A stretch of DNA of 64,000 bases from Monocercomonoides exilis PA203 (taxonomy: Eukaryota > Protista > Preaxostyla), in assembly GCA_001643675.2 (NCBI GenBank), contig LSRY02000015.1, positions 806,001 to 870,000 on the forward strand. The letters are read 5' to 3'. Positions 11,501-23,475 of this stretch are shown here, in pieces. A program made the position numbers and the translations under genes. The notes under the pieces were generated by a model, which did not search any database, was not told the DNA's origin, and worked only from the letters and a program-made list of their open reading frames with translations. Within the stretch, counting starts at the first letter, position 1. Each line of letters opens with the position of its first letter.

Positions 11501-12963
11501 GAGTGAGCATTCTGTTTGGAGATGCTGACAAACAATCATCGACTGATTCTTTTATTCTGAAGAACAGAAGTGAGCCCAAAGCTAATGGAGATGAAAGGAT
11601 TGTTGAAGGAGGGAAAGAAAGGAAATCTTATTGGCTGTTGATTGTTATTATCATGGCAATAATCCTTTTTATTGTTCTCATCATTGCAGTTGCATTTATT
11701 GTTCGGTGGAGGAAAGTGAAGGAAAGAAATGAGGAATTACAAGAAATTGTGAATGATAACATCAGAAAAGATCCTAAGGCGTTTGAGATGGTGACGATGG
11801 AGATGTCACCTGAGGAGCAATGGAGGAGAGCAGACAGGGAAGCAGAGAAGAAGAATGAGGAGAGGATGAAGAAGAGAATATATGATACGAACATGCAGCA
11901 CTCTGAGTCATCAGAGCATTTGTTGAGTGAAAGTGGTTCCACTGAATATATATTGGGTAATGATTCAAACAAGATCCCTCAATGGATGTTGGAAAAAGTT
12001 GATGAAGAAGAGATAAGGAAGAGAACACCATCACCATCCATTTCTTCGACATGTTCAACTGATTCAGATTCCACATTTGTTCGAGGGGAAGATTTGTGCC
12101 CGACCACATCGTCGATGTCGAATCTGGTGGATGCAATGGCCTGTTCATCGCCTCACGAGAAACTGATTGTGGACTTGAGGGATTCGCTGTTCATGCTTTT
12201 GCATGGGCTGAACAAGACAAAAGAGATGGCGATTGGCACATTGAAAGAAAGAGAACAAACAGCTGCCCAGATCCTGTTCTGGGTGGCGAATGGGGCACTC
12301 CACTCCTTTGATGAAATGGAAAACCATCTTCAATCTCTTTCCAACTTGAGCCCTCACATTGTTCTTTTCTCCGAACACATGGTGATCTGCATTGTGATGC
12401 ATTCAGACTTATTGTCAGATGATGACTCAGATTCATCCTCCATCTCATCATCAACTGTTGTGACATCTGCCAGTGGTGGCGATGATGATGATGAAGAAGA
12501 CTCCCTTCCCTCATCAGCCTTTGAGGATGAAGATAGTTTCAAAAAAGAGTGCCTGAGGTGGAAGGCGCCTGAGCTGCAGATGAAAAAGAAGATGGGAGCA
12601 ACAAAGGAGTCAGTGTCATTCTCGATTGGGATGATGCTGTGGGAGTGCCTGACCCTTCAAATCCCGTTTGGGGAGTATGAGGCAGAGGTGGCTGGACAGA
12701 AGATAATGAATGGGGAGCGGCCAAAGGCGGAAAGTGTTCGAGGGTTGTCGATGGGAGGTGTTGTGGAGCAGTGCTTGTTGGAAGAGAGTGGGAGTCGTAC
12801 GACGCTTGTTGAGCTGAAGCGAGAATTCATTAAACATTTTCCTGTTGGTGCAGTGATACTCACTGTTTCAGATGCAATTGGTATTGGCAGCGAGACAGAT
12901 AGTAGAAATATAGTAAGTGGAACGATGGCAGAAGAGAGCTCACTTGGCTTGAGCATGCAATGA
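8527..12963 (+). CDS. C-terminal half of the same receptor-like protein: more repeats, single TM helix, cytoplasmic degenerate (pseudo)kinase domain
   Basis: CGxxxxxC modules at 8905 and 10054. TM segment YWLLIVIIMAIILFIVLIIAVAFIV followed by RWRK. Kinase subdomain VIII-XI remnants LRWKAPE, SFSIGMMLWECLTLQIPF, VEQCL...SR. No GxGxxG, HRD or DFG. Confidence 0.8.
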   Translation: MMNKCKFYCCSAPYEGEGVGHGGGIMLSLLSESGETDFVISSPTFSSDKPNNARFGKDLFVASPSLISSIKNETLPFVKDRLEILTEDSMRGYDGGNRECAIPLIYFWKEVGSSVHVAREGNNVVVCGLLEYPCGSADYGVKRGSSLGIESIAVQGTCDVRSEMSVGGMRLEGINSETDKIMFVKAIEGYKDAVVECEGVVQFKEVGILIPTAFDSEANILIQTGTDSIKTTIAGCLIHMSDNAEGELTFVLISASKGIVEIENTNIAGFSTMHEIMSISADCVIIMSVVTFEEISSSGKSAIAMSESDIPGNGNDNAEEEWNIQFEQCSFLNVKHSVSSNPSYLFCDVSNEVRLKMENSTIDKCGSTSSNEGGGMFFLLNELGRLEMNHTNVTDCFCSNNGRGGGIFLKSQSATQRELPFVLSNITFKGNAALKGRDVFVKCTDLDSQISESQFLINFGEPFVKDLAIWGCTADNYGDEEDLLGRVYVFRSEFIFVSSIVGNNSNSKNCGEMIGACSSLNVGVSHIIPSDYSQLFIWNKTTLTGSCSAQKVTIKSMEASRSAEIKVNEIDLADEEAVRTSESVRFEKVSFVFGGMQNVVCSCLIHQLNGSLILESVSFSSESRTTENSQTLLDCPLLIVENGIFEAYRCSIGHLVFSKPMFQILNSEGSIFDELVVDDVPCKSSVIECGKSEKVSISKLTATNISLQNESLISFENGHSSLVFSSVLSSFTNISRSSSGSCIICISRPITGFEICNCSFRECSSNCVKGSQVTITLTENVLMDSCTLEGSLIDNTKEMNDITDEMCRWNSSIVDFSSSSVMMKDTTICNSSKGGITVSGGSMMIEKGELLNNNPSIERYPSLRRNIICSDSASLSISSLKGGDGVFPDISMWILNEGCLLEGIVSERASPFFIPVLESVEAREKGEEVEVVFKGKLLLPCSLSFMVVKQFGEEKQIEKFMFDESGYVSETEVEGRLAREMISEAGDEAEVRVSILFGDADKQSSTDSFILKNRSEPKANGDERIVEGGKERKSYWLLIVIIMAIILFIVLIIAVAFIVRWRKVKERNEELQEIVNDNIRKDPKAFEMVTMEMSPEEQWRRADREAEKKNEERMKKRIYDTNMQHSESSEHLLSESGSTEYILGNDSNKIPQWMLEKVDEEEIRKRTPSPSISSTCSTDSDSTFVRGEDLCPTTSSMSNLVDAMACSSPHEKLIVDLRDSLFMLLHGLNKTKEMAIGTLKEREQTAAQILFWVANGALHSFDEMENHLQSLSNLSPHIVLFSEHMVICIVMHSDLLSDDDSDSSSISSSTVVTSASGGDDDDEEDSLPSSAFEDEDSFKKECLRWKAPELQMKKKMGATKESVSFSIGMMLWECLTLQIPFGEYEAEVAGQKIMNGERPKAESVRGLSMGGVVEQCLLEESGSRTTLVELKREFIKHFPVGAVILTVSDAIGIGSETDSRNIVSGTMAEESSLGLSMQ

Positions 12964-13650
12964 GCGTATTGGGAATAAAGAAGTTGAGCTAATAATGTGC
13001 ATTGATGAGTTCCAAATAGTCACTATGTTACGAAGGATTTAGAAATCATGGAATATGTGAAAATTTGCTGTAGGTATTTGGGATGGATGAAATAGCAGAA
13101 ACATCTGAGAAGAGCAAAGGACGTGGCTAAATGAATGTGGAAAAAGGAAATTTTAGAAATGAAATTCTTTATAAAAAAAGAGCAATACAGCAATCATACG
13201 GATGGCGTTGTTGTATAATCAAGCTGTAGTATATTTAAAACAGGAAGTTTTTTAATGCAGAGTTTTATTAACATTATTATAATTATTATTATTATTATTT
13301 GGGGGAAAAATGAAGAACAGTTAAAATATAAAATAAATTCAATAAAAAGTGAAATTATTTTTCTTCTTTGGCATTCGTCTGCTCTGCTTGAGTTTTCTTC
13401 ATTTTCTTTGTTGAATTTATAATTTATCCATTATTCTTTTTCACTTTATCTTCGTCCAATAATTAATTATATATATTTGGAATAATCTTGATCCCAGTAA
13501 TCTTTTTGTTGTCTTTTAATTAAAAACAATATGTTTTCTTTAACTACTTATTCTTTTCTTCTTCTTCTTTGCTCCATAAAATTTATCCGTTGTTTTATTT
13601 TTGAGATCTTGAAATAAAAATCTATTCGGGCCAGACTTAAAATAAATATT

Positions 13651-13908
13651 TGTGTGATTATTTTTGATGTTATATTATTTCTAATTAAATTTTCGGTTTG
13701 AATATTTCTCCTTTATATAAACAAAAGAACACTTAAAAGAGAAAAGGCTAGAAAAACATTATCATGATTTTTATTTCTGCTTTTCATTTGTTTTTAAAAC
13801 AGTTGTTGTAAAATTCTCAAATAGAATACAAAATCTCTTCCCAACGACAAATGAAAATGAAAAATTGACACCCCGAAAAAAGTTATGATTTCAAAAATAA
13901 TCGCCCAT
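13651..13908. repeat. MITE-like dispersed repeat, family B copy 1 (short terminal inverted repeats)
   Basis: tgtgtgattatttttga at the left end is inverted relative to tcaaaaataatcgccca at the right end. Internal motifs ttttcggtt and aacaaaagaacac recur with the same spacing at ~15900-16118. Confidence 0.5.
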
Positions 13909-14257
13909 TTGATGACTATGTCAAGCAAATATCTTTTCAAAAAGCTTCCCTGATTATTGAAGAAATAGTTGCAACTTTCAGATCTCAAAAAATGTGGAGA
14001 TGAGCTCTTTCTTTTCAAAAAAACCAAAAATGGGGTTGAAAAAATTATCTTAAATACAATTCATTTTTGAATTCTGCGAAATTTTCACGATAATGCGGTT
14101 GACGGAGATGTAATGAGCAACAAATGAAAGAAGCGATGCCAACGTTATCCTTGTTGAGCAAGGTTTAGTGTTGAACATGAATTTCAGAAGAACAAGATTT
14201 GGCAACAACATGTCATCTTTTATTCTGCTTTCCTTTAACTTTTCTTCTTTTATTACT

Positions 14258-14293
<36 letters not shown>

Positions 14294-15651
14294 AGTATCT
14301 TTCACGTGTTAAATAAACAGTTCTTATCATTCACTACTCATTTTGGTATCAGACATTCATCATCTATTTTTAAATAAGAAGCAATTTCACTGGGACATAA
14401 TCAAATATTTATCGATCTATTTTGAACAATAGCTGTTTATAGTTTCAAATGTATCTCATATTAAGTTTGGTAACCAAATGAGACTTTAAAGAAGAAGCAT
14501 GAGGAAAAATCCTTGGTTTGAGCAAGAAACATATTGCATTATTTGAATGATAATAAAGAGATCTTGCCCATATTAAAGACAAAAAAAAGGAGAATGATTT
14601 TGAAGACATGAAGTTGCTTATGTTCGTTTTGAAAAAAATGACTTCAAAATATCTTGGTGCAAATGGAGAAGGTCCTGGAACCAAAATTATTCTTCCCACT
14701 ATATAAATTATTGCCATTTTAAAAATTTGTCTACGGCAAATCCTAACCCTAAAATTACACAATAGAACCCAAAAACAACATTTTGTCCTTTCTTTGGGCA
14801 AGAGGCTACATAAAGGATACACACTTTTATTGTTAAATCTTTGAATAAATAGCTGAAAAATACAATGTTAAGATATTATAAACACGTTAGGTAAATAATA
14901 ACCTGTTGATCAAAACTCAAAATGATTGAATGGTTTTTTATGCAAATCTTTCGTTTTACGAGACTTTTTTCAAACTTCATTAAAATACTTAAATTGAGTT
15001 ATTATCAACCCTGACATCAACAAATAGCCTTTATAAACTAATTTAAGAACCTAAAAAAATGTCTTTTTATTGTTATTTAATAAATTTAACAAAAAAAAAT
15101 TTCAAAATTTCAATTTGGGGACAATTGTTTTTGATAAAGAAAACCCTAAAAAAGCAAAATAATAAATAAAACATATTATCATCACCAAAGAGTGTTGATA
15201 AAAGTTCACTTGAAAACATTCAGCCTATTCATAAAGCTTATTTTTAATTTGTTGGGTCCCCTTAAAGTAGCCTTATGCCTTTCTTTGCTTGTTTTATTTA
15301 TTGAAATCCAAAAACCTAACAAATCCAACAAAAATGAACGAAAATATTTTCAAATTAAGTGAATTGATCACGTGGCATCAGTATCTTCTCCATTTGCAGT
15401 TTTGTTTGACTTTTACAAAATTTTTTATTTCGATGAAAATGATAAAAATCTGTCGAAAAATGCAGGTCAATACTTGCATTTTAACTGTTCATATGAATAG
15501 AATAAACTTTGTATCCTCGTTGAGGAAAAGTTTTCTATCAAAATTTGAATGAAAGAATGATTTGAAAAAAAATCGCTTATGTGTTTGTTAAAGGCAATTT
15601 TTCCATTATTATATTTGTATTCAAATAAACTTTGGACAAAATATATCAAAA

Positions 15652-15875
15652 TTTTTTAAAAAAGTGCCTTTTGTTTTATTTTCGAATAAAATATAGTTTC
15701 ATTTTTTAATCAAATTTCTGTTCCCACTCACGAAACTTTACGAAAATTGAAATAATACCTTTTTCAAAATATTGTTTTCGTGACTGTGAAATTTGGTGAG
15801 TGGGAACAGAAATTCAATCGAAATATGAAATTTTTATATTAATTGAAAATTGAATAAAAGGAATTTTACAAATAA
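15652..15875. mobile_element. MITE-like fold-back element, family A copy 2
   Basis: aaatttctgttcccactcacgaaactt and aatttggtgagtgggaacagaaatt form inverted arms homologous to the arms at 1078..1312. Confidence 0.65.
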
Positions 15876-15894
15876 ATTTTAACATATTGTTTCT

Positions 15895-16120
15895 CTCAAA
15901 ATTTTCGGTTCAAAAAATTTTCTTGAATATCAACAAAAGAACACAGAAAAAAAAGGTGTTCAAAATATATTTTTATCTTTATTTGAGCAAAAACGTTCAA
16001 TTATGTCACAACTGCAATTCAAAATAATATGGAAATGATGATTTTCAATCCATTTTCGAAAAAAAAAAATAAAAATTCAACACATAGAAAAAAGTCATGA
16101 TTTCAAATATAATCACACAA
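15895..16120. repeat. Dispersed repeat, family B copy 2 (diverged)
   Basis: Shares ttttcggtt, aacaaaagaacac and gaaaaaagt(c/t)atgatttcaaa.ataatc with 13690..13905, with about 212-bp spacing in both copies. Confidence 0.5.
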
Positions 16121-16161
16121 ATACAACAATTCTTATCAAAAAAAAAATTATTTTTTTTTAA

Positions 16162-16372
16162 ATGGCTGATCTTTTTTGAAATCATTCTTTCGTTCGAGTT
16201 TTGATCAAATTTCACCTCAATGGGATTTTTGTTAAAAATATTGTTTCTACAATAACGTCATCATGAACAATAAGTATTAACAGTTTTAGTTCATAATTTC
16301 GAAAATTCCATTGAGATTAAAAATTTTGATCAAAACTCGAACAAAAGAATGATTTCAGAAAGGATGAGCCAT
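16162..16372. mobile_element. MITE-like fold-back element, family C (~70-bp inverted arms)
   Basis: atggctgatcttttttgaaatcattctttcgttcgagttttgatcaaa... is the near reverse complement of ...tttgatcaaaactcgaacaaaagaatgatttcagaaaggatgagccat. Confidence 0.7.
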
Positions 16373-17412
16373 ATTATATTTATGCTATCGAGTTTCCAAA
16401 ATGTAACTTTTCGATTGGAAATGCCAGTTGAGGGATTTTTTGTCACAATTTGTCAATGACGGTCTTTGATCGTTACTGATGAATTAAAAAAAAAGACAGA
16501 TATTTCAGATGCTGTCAACAAAAAATTTCAAAGTGATTTGAAATATCTTTTGAAGTTTTAGCAATCGTTTATTTTATTGAAATTTAAAATTGAGAAATTT
16601 TTTTTTATTTTTTTTTTATTTTTTATTTTTTTTTATTTTTTTTTTTATTTTTTATTTTTATTTTTTTTTTTTGTGACAGACGAGGCTTCAAGTGATTTGT
16701 CAGGTTACAGAGGTTTAATTAATAACTCAAAAAGCTTCATAATACTTTTTTCTTTTAAAATTCGTGATGTAACATAGTTTTCTATAATTAAAATTATCTA
16801 GAAGGTGTAATATAAAGTTTGTGTCTTTTATTCAATTGATTAAAAACAAATAACAAATGCAAAGTTCATCATTTTACATAATTTACACAAAATAACAGAA
16901 GCATCGATAATATCAGACAGTGTAACAAACAAAAAGATTAAAAAATGGAGAATAAAAAAAATTCAAGAAAAAGAAGAGCTATTAACACCAAAAATACTCT
17001 AATGAATGGGACTGTTGTACATAATCTCTGTGTTTTATTGTTGCAATGCAATATTCAAAAAATGCGCCAGAGAAAATACAACTTCCAAAAAAAGAAAACA
17101 AAAGTGAAAAAATTTATATTTTAACATAAATTGATAACAACAAAAAAAGACATACAAAAATTTAAATCAGCAAAAATAATTCCAAAATGAAATAAAAATT
17201 TATAAAACAATATTTAATGAAAAATAAAAACCTAACAAGCAAATTTCAAACTCAGAAAAAAAGTTTATCATCACAATAAAACTTCTAAACCTTAAAAATT
17301 CATTCAGTTTATTTATAAACATAAAACAAAGCGAAAGAAATAAAACAAGCTCAGCGTTTGCATAATTTTTGAAGTAAAAAACCGCACAAAAAAGGCAATA
17401 ATTCAAATAAAG

Positions 17413-19601
17413 CTAGCTGTTAATTCCAACGATATCTAATATCTGACTATTGTCCCGTTTACTTTTATTTCTGTGGTGGTGGTGATGATGATGATGTTCA
17501 TTCTTGCTTCTCTTCTCTTTTGTTTTTGCCTTTGCTCCATCTTTAAGATCATTTTGCTCTTTTTCATTTTCTCCCCTCTCTTCGTGCAATCTGAATTCCT
17601 CTCTTTCCCGTCCATTTCCTCTTCCTTCTCTTTCCTCGTTTGTCCACCCAACCCACAGATTTGGTGCAGAAGGCGGTTGTGTGGCTGACGTATAAGTTGA
17701 TGAGAAAGAAGCTCCTGAAATGATGGAAGAAGAAGAAGAATGCGCATTTGCATGGTACATTGTCGTCGAATTAGCTGGATAAGAAGATTGTGAATTGACA
17801 TAAGAATAAGGATAACCAGAGCTTTTTATTCGGGAAGCAGACGTATGTTGCCCAGAGCTACCAGAAGAAGACGAATAATTGACAAGGATAGGATCAGTTG
17901 CAGAAGTAGCAGACTGAGTTTGGGAAGACAAAGACAGAGCAGGAAGATCACGCTCAAGCGATGAGGAAGGCGAAGGAGAAAGTGGTTGGAACGAGGAAGT
18001 CGATGATGCAGCTTTTTGAGCAGGGTGAGATTCAGATGCTACTTGAGAAGAGAGCGAAAAGCCAGCGGAGGAAAGAGAAGAAGAAGAAGGATATTGAGCA
18101 GATAAAGAATGGTCGCATTGGAGCTTCTGCTCTTGCTGAACTGATTTGGGGGTGTAGTAATATGAAGTGGGATAAAGCAGATCCTCTTCGCCTCCTGAAA
18201 TGCCATCGAACCTTTCGATAAACCCTGCATCGTATTCCTGTTTGCGGGGCTGTGAATACCTCAGCCCTGCATCTCCTCCTTCCTCTGAAGCATCAATATG
18301 CTCAATAAGCGCCTGACCCATTCCACTTTCAAGTCCATATCCCATCCTTCTTCTTGTCTCTTCTTCAGTTTCAGCATACGAATTACGTTTGAATGCATTG
18401 TACATCCTCTTGTCTTCCCGTTTTCGTTTTTCTTTCTCCAGCCATTCTTTCCTTCTCTTCTCGCTTTTTCCATCATTTCCTCTTTCAGCTCGACTGAATT
18501 TTCCTGATGTGCGTTCAATGACGTGTGTTTTGCTTGAAAGAAGCTTTGATGCATTTTTAGTTGACGAAGACTGTGCAGAAAGAAGAAAATACGTTAGAAG
18601 AAGAAGAATCGATGGAAGAATTTCAAGAATAAAATAGAATGCTAAATAAATGCAGTAATATTGCCAGCTTCATTTAAAAACAATAATTATCAATAAAAAA
18701 AATTTGAAATATTTTAAGTTGGAATATATGAAAAATCAAACATTGGATTTTCTTCAGCGATTATCTTTTCTATTAATTGACTAAGCTTTGCTTGCAAAAT
18801 ATTCACATCAAATGCCGAACAAGTTACATAAGCCAAGCGAGCCAAAAAAATTAAAATCATGAAAAAAATCGTAATTATCAACGCTTTTATTCTCTTTTTA
18901 TATGGTATTGACTCTCGAAGTTTGAAGAAAATTTGCAAAAGCCTAATCCAATATATAAGTATTGACACAATTATTGTAAAGTAATTGGCAATATCTATGT
19001 ATGAAAGAACTTTTTCGCGCTGCGATGGAGTTAATATGGAATTTTCTTTTTTCTTTCAAAATTAGAAAGCAAAAAATCAAAAGGCTCAGAAAGGAAACAA
19101 ATATAAACCGTTGTTAAAACACTTATTGTAACTGATCCAGAAATCAATAGAATAAAGGCAACAATGAATATTATTGCTATCCAAGTTTTTGAAGACCTCT
19201 TTTTTGTAATCACTGACAAAACAGCACTTCCAAGCCAAATAGCTAAAAATTGCCAGCTAAGAAATATGAAATATCGTGGCGTTTGATCGCATACAAGTAC
19301 TGAGCTGAGACGTTCGAACGGGAACGGAACAAGAAGGCATAATGTTTTCATCAACAAAAAAACGGAGATTAATGTTAGAAATGATTTCTTTATGATATCT
19401 TTTGAGCATCCACTTGTTTTGAAGACAGATATTGTTTCTTGAACAGATATAAGAAGACAAGAGAGATAACAAGCAACTAAAATCATAAGAGGGAATCCAT
19501 TCTCTCCATAAATTACTACATCAAATTAAAAATTGATAGATGATGTATAAAAATAAAATACCAGGGCATGAAATTGCTAAATCCTCTTGAAGACTGTTCA
19601 T
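17413..19601 (-). CDS. Multi-pass membrane protein of the THH1/TOM1/TOM3 (GPR137-like) family with a long Ser-rich, His-containing cytoplasmic tail; about 4 exons
   Basis: Spliced reading: MNSLQEDLAISCP|VIYGENGFPLMILV... (intron 19516-19561); about 7 hydrophobic segments; DQTPRYFIFLSW; intron ~19020-19108; last TM WQYYCIYLAFYFILEILPSILLLL (TOM1-type YxxxEILPS) in frame with ORF 17413..18405. Confidence 0.65.
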
Positions 19602-19792
19602 TAGCAATTAAATGAAAAAAGAAAATGATCCGCCCACATTTCGAAAAATGAAATGAGAGAATTTGGAGTTTTGCACTTAAAAAAAATGTATTTAAAAACT
19701 CACAAAGCATCAAGTAATTAATAATAAAGCGGACAGATGAATGAATTCACGCTGATAATGATGTAATTGTTCCGAAAACTTAGATAATCAAT

Positions 19793-21523
<1,731 letters not shown>

Positions 21524-21595
21524 ATCAAAACAATTTCCTTTATCTCAATTTGTACCTTAATAAAATTTTTGTTAATAATTCCCCTTTATATTTTA
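21524..21595. promoter_or_regulatory. Putative 72-bp bidirectional promoter between BUD32 and threonine synthase
   Basis: Only 72 nt separate the divergent ATGs (21523 on -, 21596 on +). AT-rich, with two copies of an ttcc(c)tttat-like motif. Confidence 0.55.
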
Positions 21596-23047
21596 ATGGA
21601 CTTCACTTGCATAAAAGCTTTTCGTTGTACAATCTGTGGAAATGAAGTTCCACAAGCAGAAGCTGATGAAACTTATGTGTGCCCTTACGACGGAGGAAAC
21701 TACGATGTAATTTACGATTATGACAAGCTTCGCGAAGCGATTAAAAAAGATGGATTTGGAAAAGAGAAAGATGGAATGTGGAGATACCTTCCCCTTCTCC
21801 CAATCCAAAAAGGAGCGAGGCTTCCACCAATCGTTGCAGGAGGTACTCCTCTTCACCACATACCCCAGAATGCTACTGAAAAATTACTTGGGGAGTCTGG
21901 ATCAAAAATTGACTTTTATCTGAAAGACGAAGGAAGAAATCCTACAGGATCCTTAAAAGACCGAGCAAGCTCTCTGGTTGCTGCAAAGGCCTTGCACGAT
22001 AAAAAACCTCTTGTTGCAACTGCATCAACTGGAAATGCTGCTGCTGCATTATCTGGAATTTGCGCTTCATTAGGCTTACCGTGCATTATATTTGTACCTG
22101 CCGCTGCACCTCCAGCAAAGATTGCACAGCTTAGGAGTTTTGGAGCATATGTATTTCTTGTCGATGGAGTGTACGACGATGCTTTTGAGCTTTGCCAAGA
22201 ATGCACTAAAAAATTCGGATGGTACTGCCGCAGCACTGGATATAATGCCTACACATCAGAAGGAAAGAAAACAGTTTCATTTGAGATATGCGAGCAATTA
22301 GCAGGTTATGTTTTAAGAGGGACTGCGCCCGAGCATCCACTTGCAATGGGAATGTGCGCAGAAGCTGCAAGATGCATTGATATGGGTGTTGTCGAGCTTG
22401 GAGGAGGTGCATTTTCAGCTCCAAATTGGATTGCCGTATCGATAGGCGATGGAAATATTATTAGCGGCACATGGGCAGGAATTAATGATCTGTATTCACT
22501 TGGGTTGATCAACCGCAAGCCCAAGCTCTTGGGTGTTCAAGCAGAAGGCAGCGATTATGTGTATCGAGCCTTGAAAACAGCCAAGACACCAACAGAATGG
22601 GACAAATTGCCTGCCATTGACAGTGCAACAGTAGCTGACAGCATTGAAGCCAACTTACCGCGTGATCGTGTTAGAGCATGCAGAGCAATCATGGACAGTG
22701 GAGGGATTTGCCTGACAGTTACTGACGAAGAGATTCTCAAAGAGATTCCGACGACCGGACGTGAAACAGGTGTGTTTGTTGAGCCTGCGTCTGCCTGCAC
22801 GATTGCAGGGATTAAGAAAGCGCTGAGACAGAAGCTTATTCCGTTGTCAGATTCTCCGATGTCGATGGTGGCCATTATGACAGGCACAGGACTGAAAGAT
22901 ATTGCAGCTGCACAGAGAGCTGTGACAGCTTCGAAAGATGAAGCATCCTCGTCAGCAGAAGGGCCGAAGATGGAAAGAGGAACAGCGATTAAGATTCCGA
23001 TTAGTGTGAAGGCTGTTGAAGATGCAGTGAAAGGACTTCCTTTTTAA
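21596..23047 (+). CDS. thrC: Threonine synthase (PLP-dependent fold type II, prokaryote-like), intronless
   Basis: N-terminal CxxC...CP knuckle, GMWRYLPLLP, LKDEGRNPTGSLKDR (PLP lysine), ASTGNAAAALS, EGKKT, SIGDGN, VEPASA, TGTGLKD. First ATG at 21596. Confidence 0.9.
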   Translation: MDFTCIKAFRCTICGNEVPQAEADETYVCPYDGGNYDVIYDYDKLREAIKKDGFGKEKDGMWRYLPLLPIQKGARLPPIVAGGTPLHHIPQNATEKLLGESGSKIDFYLKDEGRNPTGSLKDRASSLVAAKALHDKKPLVATASTGNAAAALSGICASLGLPCIIFVPAAAPPAKIAQLRSFGAYVFLVDGVYDDAFELCQECTKKFGWYCRSTGYNAYTSEGKKTVSFEICEQLAGYVLRGTAPEHPLAMGMCAEAARCIDMGVVELGGGAFSAPNWIAVSIGDGNIISGTWAGINDLYSLGLINRKPKLLGVQAEGSDYVYRALKTAKTPTEWDKLPAIDSATVADSIEANLPRDRVRACRAIMDSGGICLTVTDEEILKEIPTTGRETGVFVEPASACTIAGIKKALRQKLIPLSDSPMSMVAIMTGTGLKDIAAAQRAVTASKDEASSSAEGPKMERGTAIKIPISVKAVEDAVKGLPF

Positions 23048-23475
23048 GAACTTAGTGTTTTTTGAAGGGTGTTTTTTTTACAATAGAAAGTCTTGAAGAT
23101 TAAAGTCTTTTATAAAACAATCATTTTATTATATATGCATCTCTGTATATTTTATATTATTTTGTTTGCACTGTGATAATCTTTTTTTATCATTATAGCA
23201 AAATTTCAATGAACATAAAACAAAAGAAGAGTTTGACTTTGATGAAAAAAATCTGATTTTGTGGATATAACATTTTTTGAAGGGAAGTTATATTTCCAGA
23301 AATAAAAAATGCAAAAAAAAAATTCACGAACAAGCGATGATCGAATGCTAATGCTATAAAAACTGGAAATTATTTTTAATTTCTTATTTTTTTTGAAATA
23401 GAAATTGTTTGTGAAATATTGAAAAACAAAAAAGTGTGAAGTTAATTCTTGAAAGAACTTTACTAATAAAAACAT

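Noticed and set aside
14400-14900. Possible transposase remnant between the MITE-like elements
   Set aside because: No DDE, zinc-finger or hAT motif recognisable in any frame.
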